DNA of 64,000 nt from assembly GCA_947501605.1 (NCBI GenBank), contig CANMWZ010000012.1, positions 1-64,000 of the forward strand, in the 5' to 3' direction. The first letter of the stretch is position 1. Every line of letters begins with the position of its first letter. Under the pieces are notes generated by a model. The model saw nothing but the letters and a program-made list of their open reading frames with translations, was not told the DNA's origin and searched no databases. Of this stretch, positions 9,868 to 20,402 are shown piece after piece. The translations under genes were made by a program, and so were the position numbers. This stretch comes from Planctomycetota bacterium. Its GTDB lineage: Bacteria; Planctomycetota; UBA1135; UBA2386.

Positions 9868-10554
9868 ATGACGGACCCCAATGCCGCCAAGCGAGCCGTG
9901 GCCTACGCTGCCGCCGACTTGGTCAAGGACGGAATGCGACTCGGACTAGGCAGCGGGTCGACCTTCTTGTTCGTGCTCGAGCGGCTGGGCGAACGCATGC
10001 GCAACGAGTCGCTACGAATCAGTGGCGTGCCAACCAGCACCAGCACTGCAGCCGCGGCCCAGAAGCACGGCATCCCGCTCCTCGGCATGGTGGAGATCGA
10101 CTGGCTCGACCTCGCCATCGACGGCGCCGACGAGATCGATCCGCACAAACACATGATCAAGGGCGGGGGCGCAGCGCTCGCACGCGAGAAGATCGTTGCT
10201 GCGGCGGCGAAGGAGATGATCGTCATCGTCGACGAGAGCAAGATCGTGCCAGTACTGGGCGCGCGCTTTCCGCTGCCGGTCGAAGTACTGGCGTTCGGCT
10301 GGAAGCAGACCGAGCGCGCGGTCGCGGCAACCGGCTGCATTCCGTCACTGCGACGCACGGCGAGCAAGGATCCGGTCGTCACCGATAACGGCAACTACAT
10401 CCTCGACTGCAAGTTCGACGGCATCGCCGATCCAAAACGACTGCACGATCAGTTGAACGCGATCCCGGGAGTGCTCGACAACGGCCTGTTTGTCGGCATG
10501 GCAGGGCGCGTGATCGTTGGCAACACTGACGGCAAGGTCCGCTTTCTGCCGTGA
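9868..10554 (+). CDS. rpiA: Ribose-5-phosphate isomerase A
   Basis: GLGSGST, DLAIDGADE, KGGGAALAREK and TDNGNYILD motifs. Confidence 0.96.
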   Translation: MTDPNAAKRAVAYAAADLVKDGMRLGLGSGSTFLFVLERLGERMRNESLRISGVPTSTSTAAAAQKHGIPLLGMVEIDWLDLAIDGADEIDPHKHMIKGGGAALAREKIVAAAAKEMIVIVDESKIVPVLGARFPLPVEVLAFGWKQTERAVAATGCIPSLRRTASKDPVVTDNGNYILDCKFDGIADPKRLHDQLNAIPGVLDNGLFVGMAGRVIVGNTDGKVRFLP

Positions 10555-11042
10555 TCGTTTACCTACTGCGTCACGGCATCGCCGCGGACTGGGCCGAAGG
10601 CGGCGATGCCGAGCGGGCGCTGACCGACGAAGGCATCGGCAAGCTGGCGCGCGCCACCGCGGGTTGGCGGCGCGTCGTCGGCCCGATCGATGAGGTGTTG
10701 GTGAGCCCGTTGCTGCGCGCGCAGCAAACCGCTCGCATCTTCTGCGATGCAGTTGCTCCCAAGGCACCGGTCGTCGAGACCTCGGCGCTGGTGCCCGAGG
10801 CATCGCCGCTGCGCGCGCTCGAACTGATCCAGGCAGCCCAACTGATGGGCGCAACCGGCATCGCCTGCATTGCCCACGAGCCGCTGCTCGGTTCGCTGTT
10901 GGGCTTGCTGCTGTGCGGCAGCGGCCGCGCCGCCATCCCGTTCAAGAAGGGCATGCTCGCGATCGTCGAGATCGAGAGCAGCGCTTCGATGACTGGGCGG
11001 CTCGTGGCAGCGCTGAGCCAGAGGGTCGCCGCCGGGCTCTGA
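10551..11042 (+). CDS. sixA: Phosphohistidine phosphatase SixA
   Basis: LLRHG, D.ER.LT..G, SPLLRAQQTA and HEP motifs; 4-bp overlap with rpiA. Confidence 0.88.
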   Translation: MIVYLLRHGIAADWAEGGDAERALTDEGIGKLARATAGWRRVVGPIDEVLVSPLLRAQQTARIFCDAVAPKAPVVETSALVPEASPLRALELIQAAQLMGATGIACIAHEPLLGSLLGLLLCGSGRAAIPFKKGMLAIVEIESSASMTGRLVAALSQRVAAGL

Positions 11043-11054
11043 GCTCGGCGAGCG

Positions 11055-11080
11055 GCGCCGGCAACAGCCGCCGGCGCTTT
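11055..11080 (+). terminator. Putative intrinsic terminator hairpin between convergent genes
   Basis: GCGCCGGC-aacagcc-GCCGGCGC followed by TTT. Confidence 0.45.
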
Positions 11081-11092
11081 GCGCAACCACTG

Positions 11093-14000
11093 CTACCTGC
11101 CGTTGCCCTGCTGCACGGCTTCAGGCGGCTTCGGCGCCGGTGGCTGCGGACGCAGGAACAGCCCACTGACGCCCGTTGCCGGCACGACGAAGGGATCCTG
11201 GATCTCCCACTGCGTCCACTCTTCACCGTCCTGGAACATCAACGTCGCGAAGTAGGTGCCTTCTTCGAAGTCCGTCGAGTCAAAGTTGCCCTCCGCATCG
11301 ATGCCAAGGCCGGAGTCTTGTGGGGTTGCCTTGCTGCGGTCGGTCGGCGCTGCAGGATCAGCGCGTCGACACGTGATCCATGACCACTCCGGCTTCTTCT
11401 GCAACGCGGAGAGATCGATGCGGCCACTGACTTTGATCGCTGCCCGAAGCTGGAGCACGATGTCATCGCGTGGACGGCCGCTCTCGACGCGGATCTCCGC
11501 GAGTTCGCCGCGGAAGCCCTGCACCTCCTCGCCCCCCCAGCGCTGCATTTCGAGCTTGTAGATGCCCTCGGCGAGCTTCTCGAACGCGAAGCGACCTTCC
11601 TGATCGGTCTGCGTGTTGCGCCACATGTGACTGGAGGCTTGGCCTTCCTGCACTTCGAGCGGCCGGCCTTGAGCACTGATCTGGATACCGGTGGCGGGGC
11701 TGCCGTCGGGCTTGAACACGATGCCGCGCAACGCCGTCGTGCGCACGACGATCAGCAGGTCCTTGGTCTCGCCCTGTGCCAGCTGGAAGTTCGAGTACCA
11801 GATCGCGTCTTGGCGGAACATGCCACCTTCTCCGCCTGCGGGCGGCAGCAACATCAGGTGCACATTACCGACCGGGACATCGCGCATTTCGAAGCGCCCA
11901 CCGGCATCGACCTTGGCGAGGCGACGGCCCGCCTCTGTCCAGGCTTGCATCGTAGTGCCTTCGGCAGCAGCGCCATCGATCTGCACGACGCCGAGCACCG
12001 CTCCGATCGGGCCTTCGTACTTTTCGCCGACGAGGTCGAGCTTTGCTTCGACGGGCTGACCACTGACAACCTCGACTTCCATCGAAGGCAGGTTGTCCAT
12101 GAACATGTTCTGCCCCATCTGCATGACGCCGCCGGGTGAGCGCAGTGCGTCGATCGCGGCGATCACGTTGACTCGGTACTTGCCGGGCTGCAGCGCCCGG
12201 AACGCGAACTTGCCGTCGAGACCGGGCGTGGCAAGGGCCGGCACGCCCTCGGCTGCTTCCTTGCGGTTCTGCCAGTCCGTGCGCTCGGTGGCGAGGATCG
12301 TGTACTTGGCCGCCGGCGGCGGTTTGCCGTGGTCGCTGAGCAGTCCATCGATCCAACCGGGCTCGTACATGCGCAGTAGGACTTCGCCGTCGACAAGCTT
12401 GGCCCGACTGTGAGTGAAGCCCCAGCGGGGATGCTCGGCAGTCACACGGAACTCGTCGCTGTGCAACTCGGTCACCGCCAAGCGACCGTCGGCGCCGGTT
12501 CGGCCGGCGCAGATCGGCATCTCGCCGCGTTCGTGGTCACCTTCTTCCACCACGTAGACAACCGCGTTCCGGATCGGCAGGTCGCCGGGACCGAGGAGGC
12601 GAACGGCGAGCTGCTTGCCCGGCTTCAACTCCAGCTGTGCTTGCGTGATGCCGGCCAGAACTTTCACTGCGACGGATTCGGTCGCTGAGCCGTCGGTCTT
12701 GGCTGCAACGACGTAGTTGCCGAGCGGCAGATCAGCGATTGCGAGGCGCCCGTCTTCCAAGACCGAGACGCGACCCGTGAGGTCAAGGCCGCCTTGGAAG
12801 CCCATCAGCGACATGATCCTCGTCTGCTCGATTTCGGCGCCCGCAAACACGCGCAGCATCGGCTCCTTCACCAAGTTGCCCTGGAAGGTCACGCGCAGGT
12901 GCACGGTGGCGGCGGTAGGCAGCGTCACGACAACGTCGCGCAGGATGGGCTGCGATTCAGCCAGCACCCATGGATCGCGCGGGGAACGGCGCGCCGCAGC
13001 GGTCGCCTTGCCGCGGCCAAAGCCGAGCTTGGTGACACGGCCGTCCTTGTCGGTTGTGCCGAGTCGGCTCGCGAAGTCGATCGGTGCCGCCAGGCTCGAC
13101 GTGCCCGCAACGACCTCGGCGCCTTCGATCGCCTTGCCAGCGGCATCCACGACTCGAATGGAGACCTCCTCGCCTTCCATCATCTTCAGGATGCCGAGAT
13201 CCTTGGTTTGACCCTTCTCGAAGCGGGTGGACTTGTCCACCGCCGGCAGCAGGTTCTGCTTGGTCGCGGCGACGAAGTTGTTGCCGGGGGTGATGCCGAC
13301 GAGGCGGAAGGTGCCGTCGGCGGCGGTCCGCGTGCTCGGGATCGGCAGATGCTCGTACGCACTCGCAACCCAGGCCGGGAACTCGACGACTTGGACCGGG
13401 GATGACTTCTCTCGGATCAGCAAGCAACCCAGCGGGTCGAACCGTTCGACCGGTACGAACTCCAGCACTTGGCCCGGCAAGTCGACGGCCCGCACGAGTG
13501 CGTCGGCAACCGGATCGCCGTTCTCGTCGACCACGGTCCCGACCGCGATCGCCGCCTCATTGAGCACGATGTCGCCGAGATCGACGATTTCACCGGGCGA
13601 AGGCGTGTGCGCGAGTATCTGGTAGGTCGGCGCATCCGTGCCAATGCCGGCATAGAGCAGGCACATGCCACGAGGCCAGATCCCCTCGATGAGGAACGTG
13701 CCGTCGTCCTGGGTCTTGGCCTCGCCGGCGATGTACTCGGGAGTCATCGTCGACAACTGCGCGAACAGGTCGAGGCCGGGCTTCAACACCGAGTCGATCG
13801 CGCCGCGATAGATGCGAACGCCGCACGCCGGCTTCGGGGTCTGCTGGTGGTCGACGACGCGGCCCTTGAACCCCGTCATCGCCGCGCGGATCTCCGGGTC
13901 GTCCATCACGCTGGCGTCGACGGGTGCGACGGTGGCGCGGTGTGCATTCGCCTCGGTTGGCTGCGACTCAGGCTCGTTGCCGGTAGCCATCGGAGCCTCG

Positions 14001-14137
14001 ACCGGCTGAGGCGCCTGCATCGTCGGCCCGTCGACCGGCGGCGGCGGCGCAGAGGCCGATCCACCAAGACACCACACCAGGACGGCGGCGACCGCCGCGA
14101 TCACGACCGAGAGGACGAGCAGCTTGCTGCGTTGCAT
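11093..14137 (-). CDS. Large membrane-anchored carboxypeptidase-regulatory-like repeat protein
   Basis: ~1014 aa; N-terminal signal or TM segment; about 8 repeats of the G.VVD..G.P...A.V...T..DG.F type. Confidence 0.8.
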   Translation of the reverse strand: MQRSKLLVLSVVIAAVAAVLVWCLGGSASAPPPPVDGPTMQAPQPVEAPMATGNEPESQPTEANAHRATVAPVDASVMDDPEIRAAMTGFKGRVVDHQQTPKPACGVRIYRGAIDSVLKPGLDLFAQLSTMTPEYIAGEAKTQDDGTFLIEGIWPRGMCLLYAGIGTDAPTYQILAHTPSPGEIVDLGDIVLNEAAIAVGTVVDENGDPVADALVRAVDLPGQVLEFVPVERFDPLGCLLIREKSSPVQVVEFPAWVASAYEHLPIPSTRTAADGTFRLVGITPGNNFVAATKQNLLPAVDKSTRFEKGQTKDLGILKMMEGEEVSIRVVDAAGKAIEGAEVVAGTSSLAAPIDFASRLGTTDKDGRVTKLGFGRGKATAAARRSPRDPWVLAESQPILRDVVVTLPTAATVHLRVTFQGNLVKEPMLRVFAGAEIEQTRIMSLMGFQGGLDLTGRVSVLEDGRLAIADLPLGNYVVAAKTDGSATESVAVKVLAGITQAQLELKPGKQLAVRLLGPGDLPIRNAVVYVVEEGDHERGEMPICAGRTGADGRLAVTELHSDEFRVTAEHPRWGFTHSRAKLVDGEVLLRMYEPGWIDGLLSDHGKPPPAAKYTILATERTDWQNRKEAAEGVPALATPGLDGKFAFRALQPGKYRVNVIAAIDALRSPGGVMQMGQNMFMDNLPSMEVEVVSGQPVEAKLDLVGEKYEGPIGAVLGVVQIDGAAAEGTTMQAWTEAGRRLAKVDAGGRFEMRDVPVGNVHLMLLPPAGGEGGMFRQDAIWYSNFQLAQGETKDLLIVVRTTALRGIVFKPDGSPATGIQISAQGRPLEVQEGQASSHMWRNTQTDQEGRFAFEKLAEGIYKLEMQRWGGEEVQGFRGELAEIRVESGRPRDDIVLQLRAAIKVSGRIDLSALQKKPEWSWITCRRADPAAPTDRSKATPQDSGLGIDAEGNFDSTDFEEGTYFATLMFQDGEEWTQWEIQDPFVVPATGVSGLFLRPQPPAPKPPEAVQQGNGR

Positions 14138-14284
14138 GGAGGATCCCTTGGGACGAGCCGGCAATGAAGGGCCGCACGTGGCCGAACGTATTGCAGAGTC
14201 GTCTCCGACTATTCAGACACACCGAATGGCTTCGCTGACGTCGCCTACCCTTCTGGCATCGTTTGCCGTGAAGGTCAGCAGTCA

Positions 14285-14836
14285 CTAGCCGTCTATGCTG
14301 GCGCTGCGCCACATCGCGATGGCAGCCAACACCAGGGCATGGTCGATGGCACCTTGGCGAATGAGCGCATCGACTTCCGCCACCGGAACGAGCACCAGTT
14401 CGATGTCCTCGCCCGGGTCCTGGAGCAGGTCGCCCACCATACGACAATCCGTCGCAAGATAGGTGTGGCAACGATTGGTGAAGATCGCCGGATTGGGCGC
14501 CATCGAGCCCAGGGGGCGCAGTTCGCCGGCCAGGAAGCCAGTTTCTTCGCGCAGTTCGCGCGCGGCGGCCGCCGCCGGATCTCGTTCGTGGGGATCGATC
14601 AGCCCGCCGGGAATCTCGAGGGAGAACTGTCTCGTGCCGTGGCGGTACTGGCGCACGAGGATCAGCTGATCGTCCGCGGTAATCGCGACGACGTTGACCC
14701 AATCGGGCGTGCGCACCAAGAAGAAGCCGATGTCAGCGCCGGTTCGCGGTGACCGCCGGCGCGCCTTGACCACATCGAAGACTTTGTAGCGGACGAGCGA
14801 TTCTTCGCTGAGATGCTCCCAGTCGTCGAGTGGCAT
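14285..14836 (-). CDS. NUDIX hydrolase (ADP-ribose pyrophosphatase-like)
   Basis: RQYR, LEIPGG...AAARELREETG Nudix box and QDPGEDIE. Confidence 0.93.
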   Translation of the reverse strand: MPLDDWEHLSEESLVRYKVFDVVKARRRSPRTGADIGFFLVRTPDWVNVVAITADDQLILVRQYRHGTRQFSLEIPGGLIDPHERDPAAAAARELREETGFLAGELRPLGSMAPNPAIFTNRCHTYLATDCRMVGDLLQDPGEDIELVLVPVAEVDALIRQGAIDHALVLAAIAMWRSASIDG

Positions 14837-14841
14837 GTTGG

Positions 14842-16530
14842 CTATCGCCTTCGCGCGGTGATGCGCAGACCGGTGGTGGCGCGGCCCTTGGTAACCGTCG
14901 TGCGCATACCGCTCTTGCCGTCCGCCGAGCCATCGATGGCCTCGATCCTACCGTCGCCAAACGCGGCGACTTCGAGCACGAAGCCGCCATCGCTGCCGGT
15001 GGTCACCGCTTGCGGCAACGACAGCGGCCCACCGGCGAGTACTCGTCGGCCAGCGAGCGAACTGAGCGGCACATCGGGCACGAAGCGAACGCCCGTGCTC
15101 GGCATCGGGGCACCGTTTTGATCGACGACAACGCCGGCGAGCACGCTGCTGAGCCCTTGCTCTTGTCGTTGCTCCGCGGTTCCTGGCCACAGTTCGACCA
15201 GCACCGACGCGGCTCCGGGCGCGACGAGTTCACTGTGCGTGACAAAGCCCTCGGCGCCGACGTTGAGGCGCAGCGAGTCGGCGCCCTTCGTGCTTGCCGC
15301 GAACCAGCCGTCGGAGTCGGCCTCGATGAGCAACGGCTCGCCGTTCTGGACCAAGAGCGAGGCGCTAGCGCCAGGGATCGGGATGCCGGTACCGGCGGCG
15401 ACGATGCGGCCACGCACCGCGGTCGATGGCAGTGGCACAAGGCGGACGTCGACAACCTGCCGGCCGGTCGCGAACGGCCCCGGCTGCGCCGTTTCATGGT
15501 CGCGGTGGCGGACATCGAGCACATGATCGCCCATCGACAGCGGCCCGATGGCGAAGGCGCCGTCGCTGCCGCTGCGGGCAACGAGGCGCAGCGGGTCACC
15601 CTTTGCGAGGGCGATGTAAGCGCCGTCGACCGGTTTGCCATCGGTGCTGCGCACCACGCCGCGCACGCTGTCGCCGCGCTGAAGCTGGATCGTCATCGGC
15701 CCGCGCACGAACTCGGCGGTGTCGAGTTCGCGACGCGCGACGCAGCCGTCGGGCGTGGCGGCATCGAGCACAAAGGGCCCCGATTCCACGAACGCGATTT
15801 CGTCGGCGCCGCGCAGAACATGCACCAACGCGGCGTTGTGATGCCCGAGTTGCACGTGCAGTTCAGGAACAGCACGGACCGCCGCGAGCGTCCGTTGCTC
15901 GCGCCACGCACGCTGCACATCCTCGGATCCGGCACTGACGAGAGCTGGCATCGGCTGATCGGCACCGCCTTCGTGCAACGGCGACAAGCGGACGCAGACG
16001 TCGGCCGGCTGGTCGCCGCCCGGCAACAAGAAGCGGAACTGCCCGCGCGTGCTGTAGCGATCGGGGACGAGGCGCACCACCTGAGGATCGCTCGCGGTCG
16101 AGCCCGGTCGCGTCGGCGACAAGCGAAGGAGGTAGCCCGCGCGCACGACCATCAACTGCGCTGCCTTGCTGATCGGCAGCGGCGCGAGGCCGTTCGCGTC
16201 GGACCACGCCAACGCGGACTCGTTGTTGACCTCGCGGATGCGATAGACCGCCGCGTTCTCGATCGGCAGCGCCGAGTCAGAATCGACGATCTTCAGCACG
16301 GCGGTGATCTCGTTGGCGAGACCATCGGGAACGCGGGCTGGCTCCAGCGCAGTGGCCATGGCCAGCGGCGCACGATCGTCGCCTACCGAGCCCGGTGTTC
16401 CGCCAAGCCCCTCGATCGTCGGCTCGAGCTCGCCGGGCGGCACGGGCCCGAGGTCCACCGAGCCGGACCACAACCACCAGATCGCCACCGCGGCGAACGC
16501 AGCGGCGACGACAGCCAGAACGCCGCGCAT
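14842..16530 (-). CDS. Membrane-anchored carboxypeptidase-regulatory-like repeat protein
   Basis: N-terminal TM segment; repeats GVVRSTDGKPVDGA, GRIVAAGTGIPIPGA and GVVVDQNGAPMP. Confidence 0.78.
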   Translation of the reverse strand: MRGVLAVVAAAFAAVAIWWLWSGSVDLGPVPPGELEPTIEGLGGTPGSVGDDRAPLAMATALEPARVPDGLANEITAVLKIVDSDSALPIENAAVYRIREVNNESALAWSDANGLAPLPISKAAQLMVVRAGYLLRLSPTRPGSTASDPQVVRLVPDRYSTRGQFRFLLPGGDQPADVCVRLSPLHEGGADQPMPALVSAGSEDVQRAWREQRTLAAVRAVPELHVQLGHHNAALVHVLRGADEIAFVESGPFVLDAATPDGCVARRELDTAEFVRGPMTIQLQRGDSVRGVVRSTDGKPVDGAYIALAKGDPLRLVARSGSDGAFAIGPLSMGDHVLDVRHRDHETAQPGPFATGRQVVDVRLVPLPSTAVRGRIVAAGTGIPIPGASASLLVQNGEPLLIEADSDGWFAASTKGADSLRLNVGAEGFVTHSELVAPGAASVLVELWPGTAEQRQEQGLSSVLAGVVVDQNGAPMPSTGVRFVPDVPLSSLAGRRVLAGGPLSLPQAVTTGSDGGFVLEVAAFGDGRIEAIDGSADGKSGMRTTVTKGRATTGLRITARRR

Positions 16531-16538
16531 CGCGGTGG

Positions 16539-16985
16539 TCAGCCGAGCTGGCGCAGCGCGTCCTGCACCAGCTTGCCGTCAGCAACACCCTTGAAGCGCA
16601 CCATCCACTCCTTCATGAAACGGCCAGTGTCCTTGCCGCCCTGATAGCCGATCTCGGCGGCAAGCGCCTTGACCTTGGCACTCACCTCGACGGCCGACAT
16701 CTGCGCCGGGAGGTAGGTGCTGATCAGCGTGATTTCAGCCTGCTCCTTCAGTGCGATCTCTGGGCGGCCAGCCGCCGTTGCTTGCGCCACCGAGTCCTGC
16801 CGCGTCTTGACGGCCTTCTGCAAGATGGTCGCTTCGTCATCGTCCTTGAGCGCGTCGACTTGGGTGTCGATCGCCTTCTTCTTGAGGTCGCTGATCAGCA
16901 TGCGGACGACTTCGAGCTTTGGCTTGTCGCCGCTCTTCATCGCCGCCTTCATGTCCGCAGTGAGTCGATCGAGATAGGTGCCCAT
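16539..16985 (-). CDS. yqeY: GatB/YqeY domain protein
   Basis: DMKAAMKSGDK...K.RQDS...AGR.E...E..EI..YLP.Q pattern. Confidence 0.92.
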   Translation of the reverse strand: MGTYLDRLTADMKAAMKSGDKPKLEVVRMLISDLKKKAIDTQVDALKDDDEATILQKAVKTRQDSVAQATAAGRPEIALKEQAEITLISTYLPAQMSAVEVSAKVKALAAEIGYQGGKDTGRFMKEWMVRFKGVADGKLVQDALRQLG

Positions 16986-17003
16986 CGTGTGTTCTCTAGC
17001 GGA

Positions 17004-19478
17004 TTACTTGGTTTCGGCGGGAGTCGCTTCGGGCTCCTCGCTCGGGATACGCGCGACGGACACCAACCGATCGCCTTCGTTCAGCGCAATGCAGCGAACG
17101 CCTTGCGTGGCGCGGCCGATGACACTGATGTCGACCACCTTGGTGCGAACGATCTGGCCATCTTTGGTGATCAACATCACTTCGTCGATGTCGCGAACCG
17201 CCAGCAAGTTGACGACCTTGCCGTTGCGCTCGCTGGTCCGGATGTCGATGAGGCCCTGGCCGCCGCGCCCTTGCACACGGTACTCATCGACCTTGGTGCG
17301 CTTGCCATAGCCGTTTTCGCACACGGTCAGCAGCGTCTCGTCGCCGCTGCAGACGACCATGTCGACGACCTCGTCGCCTTCCTGCGGGCGGATGCCCCAC
17401 ACGCCGGTGGCGCCACGGCCCATCGCACGCGCGTCGTCTTCGGAGAAGCGGATCGCCATCCCCGCCTTGGTGCCGAGCACGATCGTCTGGGTCGGTGCGC
17501 ACAAGGACACACCGACGAGCTTGTCGCCCTCTTCGAGGCCGACGGCGATGATGCCGCCGGCGCGCGGCCGACTGTAGTCGGCGAGCTTGCTCTTCTTGAT
17601 GAGCCCGTTCTTCGTCGCCGTTACGAGGAACCGATCGCCGTCGAACGACTCGACCCGAAGTATCGCGGTGATCTTCTCGTTCTCTTGCACTTCGACGACG
17701 TTGGCGAGCGCGCGGCCCTTGGCTGTGCGGCCGTAGCTCGGCAGCTCGAACACGCGCTTCCAGTAGACGCGCCCCTTGTCCGTGAAAAACAGCAAGTGGT
17801 CGTGCGTGCTGGCGACGAAGAGGTTCCAGAGGAAGTCGCCTTCCTTGGTCTCGGCGCCACTGACGCCCTTGCCGCCGCGGCCCTGCGTTCGGTACTGGTC
17901 CAGCGCTGTGCGCTTGATGTAGCCCTCGTGCGTGACCGTGACGACCATCATCTCCACGGCGATGAGGTCTTCGTCGATGAAGCTGCCGACCTCTTCGTCG
18001 GAAACCACGGTGCGGCGCTCGTCGCCGTACTTCTCGACCATGTCTCGCAGATCCGCGCGGATGAGTTCGATCAACACCGTGCGATCCGACAGGATGCGCT
18101 TGTAGCTGATGATCTCATCGAGCACTTCCTTGTACTCGGCCTCGAGCTTCTCGATCTCGAGCCCGGTCAGGCGCGCGAGGCGCATGTCGAGAATCGCGCG
18201 ACACTGGATGTCTGACAGCGAGAATCGCGTCATCAAACGCTGACGCGCTTCGTCGACGTTGGCGGACGTCTTGATGATCTCGACGATCTCGTCGATGTTC
18301 TGCACCGCGATGCGCAGACCCTCGATGATGTGCAGTCGGTCCTGCGCCTTCTTGAGCAAGAAGCGCGTGCGGCGACTGATCACGTCGATGCGGTGATCGC
18401 GATACGCCTCGATCATCGACTTGAACGGCAGCGTCTTGGGGCGGCCGTCCTGGATCGCGAGATTGATGATCGAGAACGTGCTCTGCAGCGGCGACAGCTT
18501 GAATAGCTGATTGACCGTGACCGACTCATCCTCGACGCCGCGCTTCAGCTCGACGACGAGGCGAAGGCCGACGCGGTCGTTCGACTCGTCGTTGGCGTCC
18601 GAGATCGAGTCGATCTGGTCGTTCTTCACCAGATGGGTGATGCGCTCGAGGATCGTGGTCGTCTTGACCTGATAGGGGACCTCGGTGAAGACGATGAGCT
18701 TGCGGCCCCGCTTCTCCTCGATGTGGTACTTGGCCCGCACCTGGACCTGGCCGCGGCCGGTCGCGTAGGCGTTGCGGATCCCGGTCTTGCCCATGATCAT
18801 GCCGCCAGTCGGGAAGTCCGGACCGGGCACGAGCGTGAGCAGCTCGTCGAGCGTTACGTCGGGCTTGTCGAGCAGGCGCTCGATCGCGGCCGCCACTTCT
18901 CGCAAGTTGTGGGGCGCGAGACTCGCCGCCATACCGACGGCGATGCCTGTCGAGCCGTTGCAGATCAGGTTCGGGAACCGACCCGGCAGCACTACTGGCT
19001 GCATGCGGGTGTTGTCGTAGTTGGGGACCTCGTCGACTGTCTCCTTGTCGAGGTCTTCGAGCATGTGCACGGCCGGGTAGGCGAGGCGTGCCTCCGTGTA
19101 GCGCATGGCTGCGGGCGGGCTGCCGTCGATGGCACCGAAGTTGCCCTGCGGGTCCACCATCGGGTAGCGCATCGTGAACCACTGCGCCATGCCGACGAGG
19201 GTCGGGTAGACCACGGACTCACCATGCGGGTGATAGTTGCCCGAGGTGTCGCCGGCGATCTTCGCGCACTTACGGTGCTTGCTGCGGGGGCCGAGGTTGA
19301 GGTCGTCCATCGCCTTCAGCACGCGGCGCTGGCTCGGCTTCAGGCCGTCGCGCACATCGGGCAGTGCGCGACTCAAGATCACGCTCATCGAGTAGTTGAG
19401 ATAGCTCTCGCGCATCTCGCGTTCGATGAGCAGGTCGGTGATCCGGCCACTCGCGGGCGGTAGGTTGGTGTCGGTCAT
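17004..19478 (-). CDS. gyrA: DNA gyrase subunit A
   Basis: RALPDVRDGLKP, HPHG, AAMRYTEARL (catalytic Tyr) and GyrA-box QGRGGKG; beta-pinwheel repeats. Confidence 0.97.
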   Translation of the reverse strand: MTDTNLPPASGRITDLLIEREMRESYLNYSMSVILSRALPDVRDGLKPSQRRVLKAMDDLNLGPRSKHRKCAKIAGDTSGNYHPHGESVVYPTLVGMAQWFTMRYPMVDPQGNFGAIDGSPPAAMRYTEARLAYPAVHMLEDLDKETVDEVPNYDNTRMQPVVLPGRFPNLICNGSTGIAVGMAASLAPHNLREVAAAIERLLDKPDVTLDELLTLVPGPDFPTGGMIMGKTGIRNAYATGRGQVQVRAKYHIEEKRGRKLIVFTEVPYQVKTTTILERITHLVKNDQIDSISDANDESNDRVGLRLVVELKRGVEDESVTVNQLFKLSPLQSTFSIINLAIQDGRPKTLPFKSMIEAYRDHRIDVISRRTRFLLKKAQDRLHIIEGLRIAVQNIDEIVEIIKTSANVDEARQRLMTRFSLSDIQCRAILDMRLARLTGLEIEKLEAEYKEVLDEIISYKRILSDRTVLIELIRADLRDMVEKYGDERRTVVSDEEVGSFIDEDLIAVEMMVVTVTHEGYIKRTALDQYRTQGRGGKGVSGAETKEGDFLWNLFVASTHDHLLFFTDKGRVYWKRVFELPSYGRTAKGRALANVVEVQENEKITAILRVESFDGDRFLVTATKNGLIKKSKLADYSRPRAGGIIAVGLEEGDKLVGVSLCAPTQTIVLGTKAGMAIRFSEDDARAMGRGATGVWGIRPQEGDEVVDMVVCSGDETLLTVCENGYGKRTKVDEYRVQGRGGQGLIDIRTSERNGKVVNLLAVRDIDEVMLITKDGQIVRTKVVDISVIGRATQGVRCIALNEGDRLVSVARIPSEEPEATPAETK

Positions 19479-19768
19479 GCGGGGGCCGTCTTCAGGCTGC
19501 GGGTCAAGCCGACCATTCTTCACACCCTGCTGGGCGCTAGCAACGAGAGAGGTGCTGACACCACGCTGAAGCACAACTCCGTCGCCGAGCGCCCGGCCGA
19601 CGGGTCGGGGTCACGGGGTGCCACCGACGCTGCATCCTGGGACTCGACGTAGTCCGCACGCCGCCGAGTCCGCCCCGGGCGTCGGGCGCGCCGACAGGAT
19701 GCGTTGTTCAGCAGGCGGCTAGGGCTAGGATCTGCCTTTTCCTCGCCCCGCCCCTCGAAGAGGTCTGA

Positions 19769-20383
19769 GTGCATCGCAAGAACGTCATCATCCTGGTCGT
19801 CAGCCGTGAGATCCTGGATGGCACCGTCGTCGATCGGAACGCCGCCTTCATGGCCAACCGCCTCGGTGCGCTGGGCTACCGGGTCCGGACCATCCAGATG
19901 GTCGACCGAGTCGAAACCGAGATGGTTGCAGCCATGCGCTGGGCGCTCGATCAGAAGCCCGATTGCGTCCTGGTCTCCGGCGGGCTCGGGCCAATGGACG
20001 ATGACAGCACGCGCGCGTGCGCAGCCAAAGCCGTCGGCCTGCCGTTGCGCGAGGACCAAAAGGCGCTGGAGTTCGTCCGCGCGTCCTACCGGCGGCTGTT
20101 CGCCCTCGGTTTGGTCGATGACGCCGAGATGGACGCCGGCCGGCGCCGCATGGCCCTGCTGCCGGCGGGCGCGGATTGCGGCGAAAACTCGATCGGCGCC
20201 GGCCCGGCGGTGAGATTGGCAGTGGGGACCACGACCCTCTTCTTGCTGCCGGGTGTCCCCGCTGAGTTGCAGCGCCTGTTCCAGACGTTCGTCGTCCCGA
20301 CCATCGCCCCCGCGAGTTCTGCCCTCCCCGAACAGGGTGAGGCCGAGGGCCGGAACTGGTCGGGCGACCCGGTCGACGACTGA
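19769..20383 (+). CDS. CinA-like molybdopterin-binding-domain protein (N-terminal domain only)
   Basis: EILDG.VVDRNAAF, GGLGPMDDDST, RRRMALLP and LPGVPAE motifs; no CinA/PncC C-terminal domain. Confidence 0.8.
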   Translation: MHRKNVIILVVSREILDGTVVDRNAAFMANRLGALGYRVRTIQMVDRVETEMVAAMRWALDQKPDCVLVSGGLGPMDDDSTRACAAKAVGLPLREDQKALEFVRASYRRLFALGLVDDAEMDAGRRRMALLPAGADCGENSIGAGPAVRLAVGTTTLFLLPGVPAELQRLFQTFVVPTIAPASSALPEQGEAEGRNWSGDPVDD

Positions 20384-20402
20384 CCCTTTTGCGACGCCCC
20401 CC

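Noticed and set aside
14830..18215. Long + strand ORFs 14830-16644 and 16395-18215
   Set aside because: Antisense shadows of the repeat protein, yqeY and gyrA
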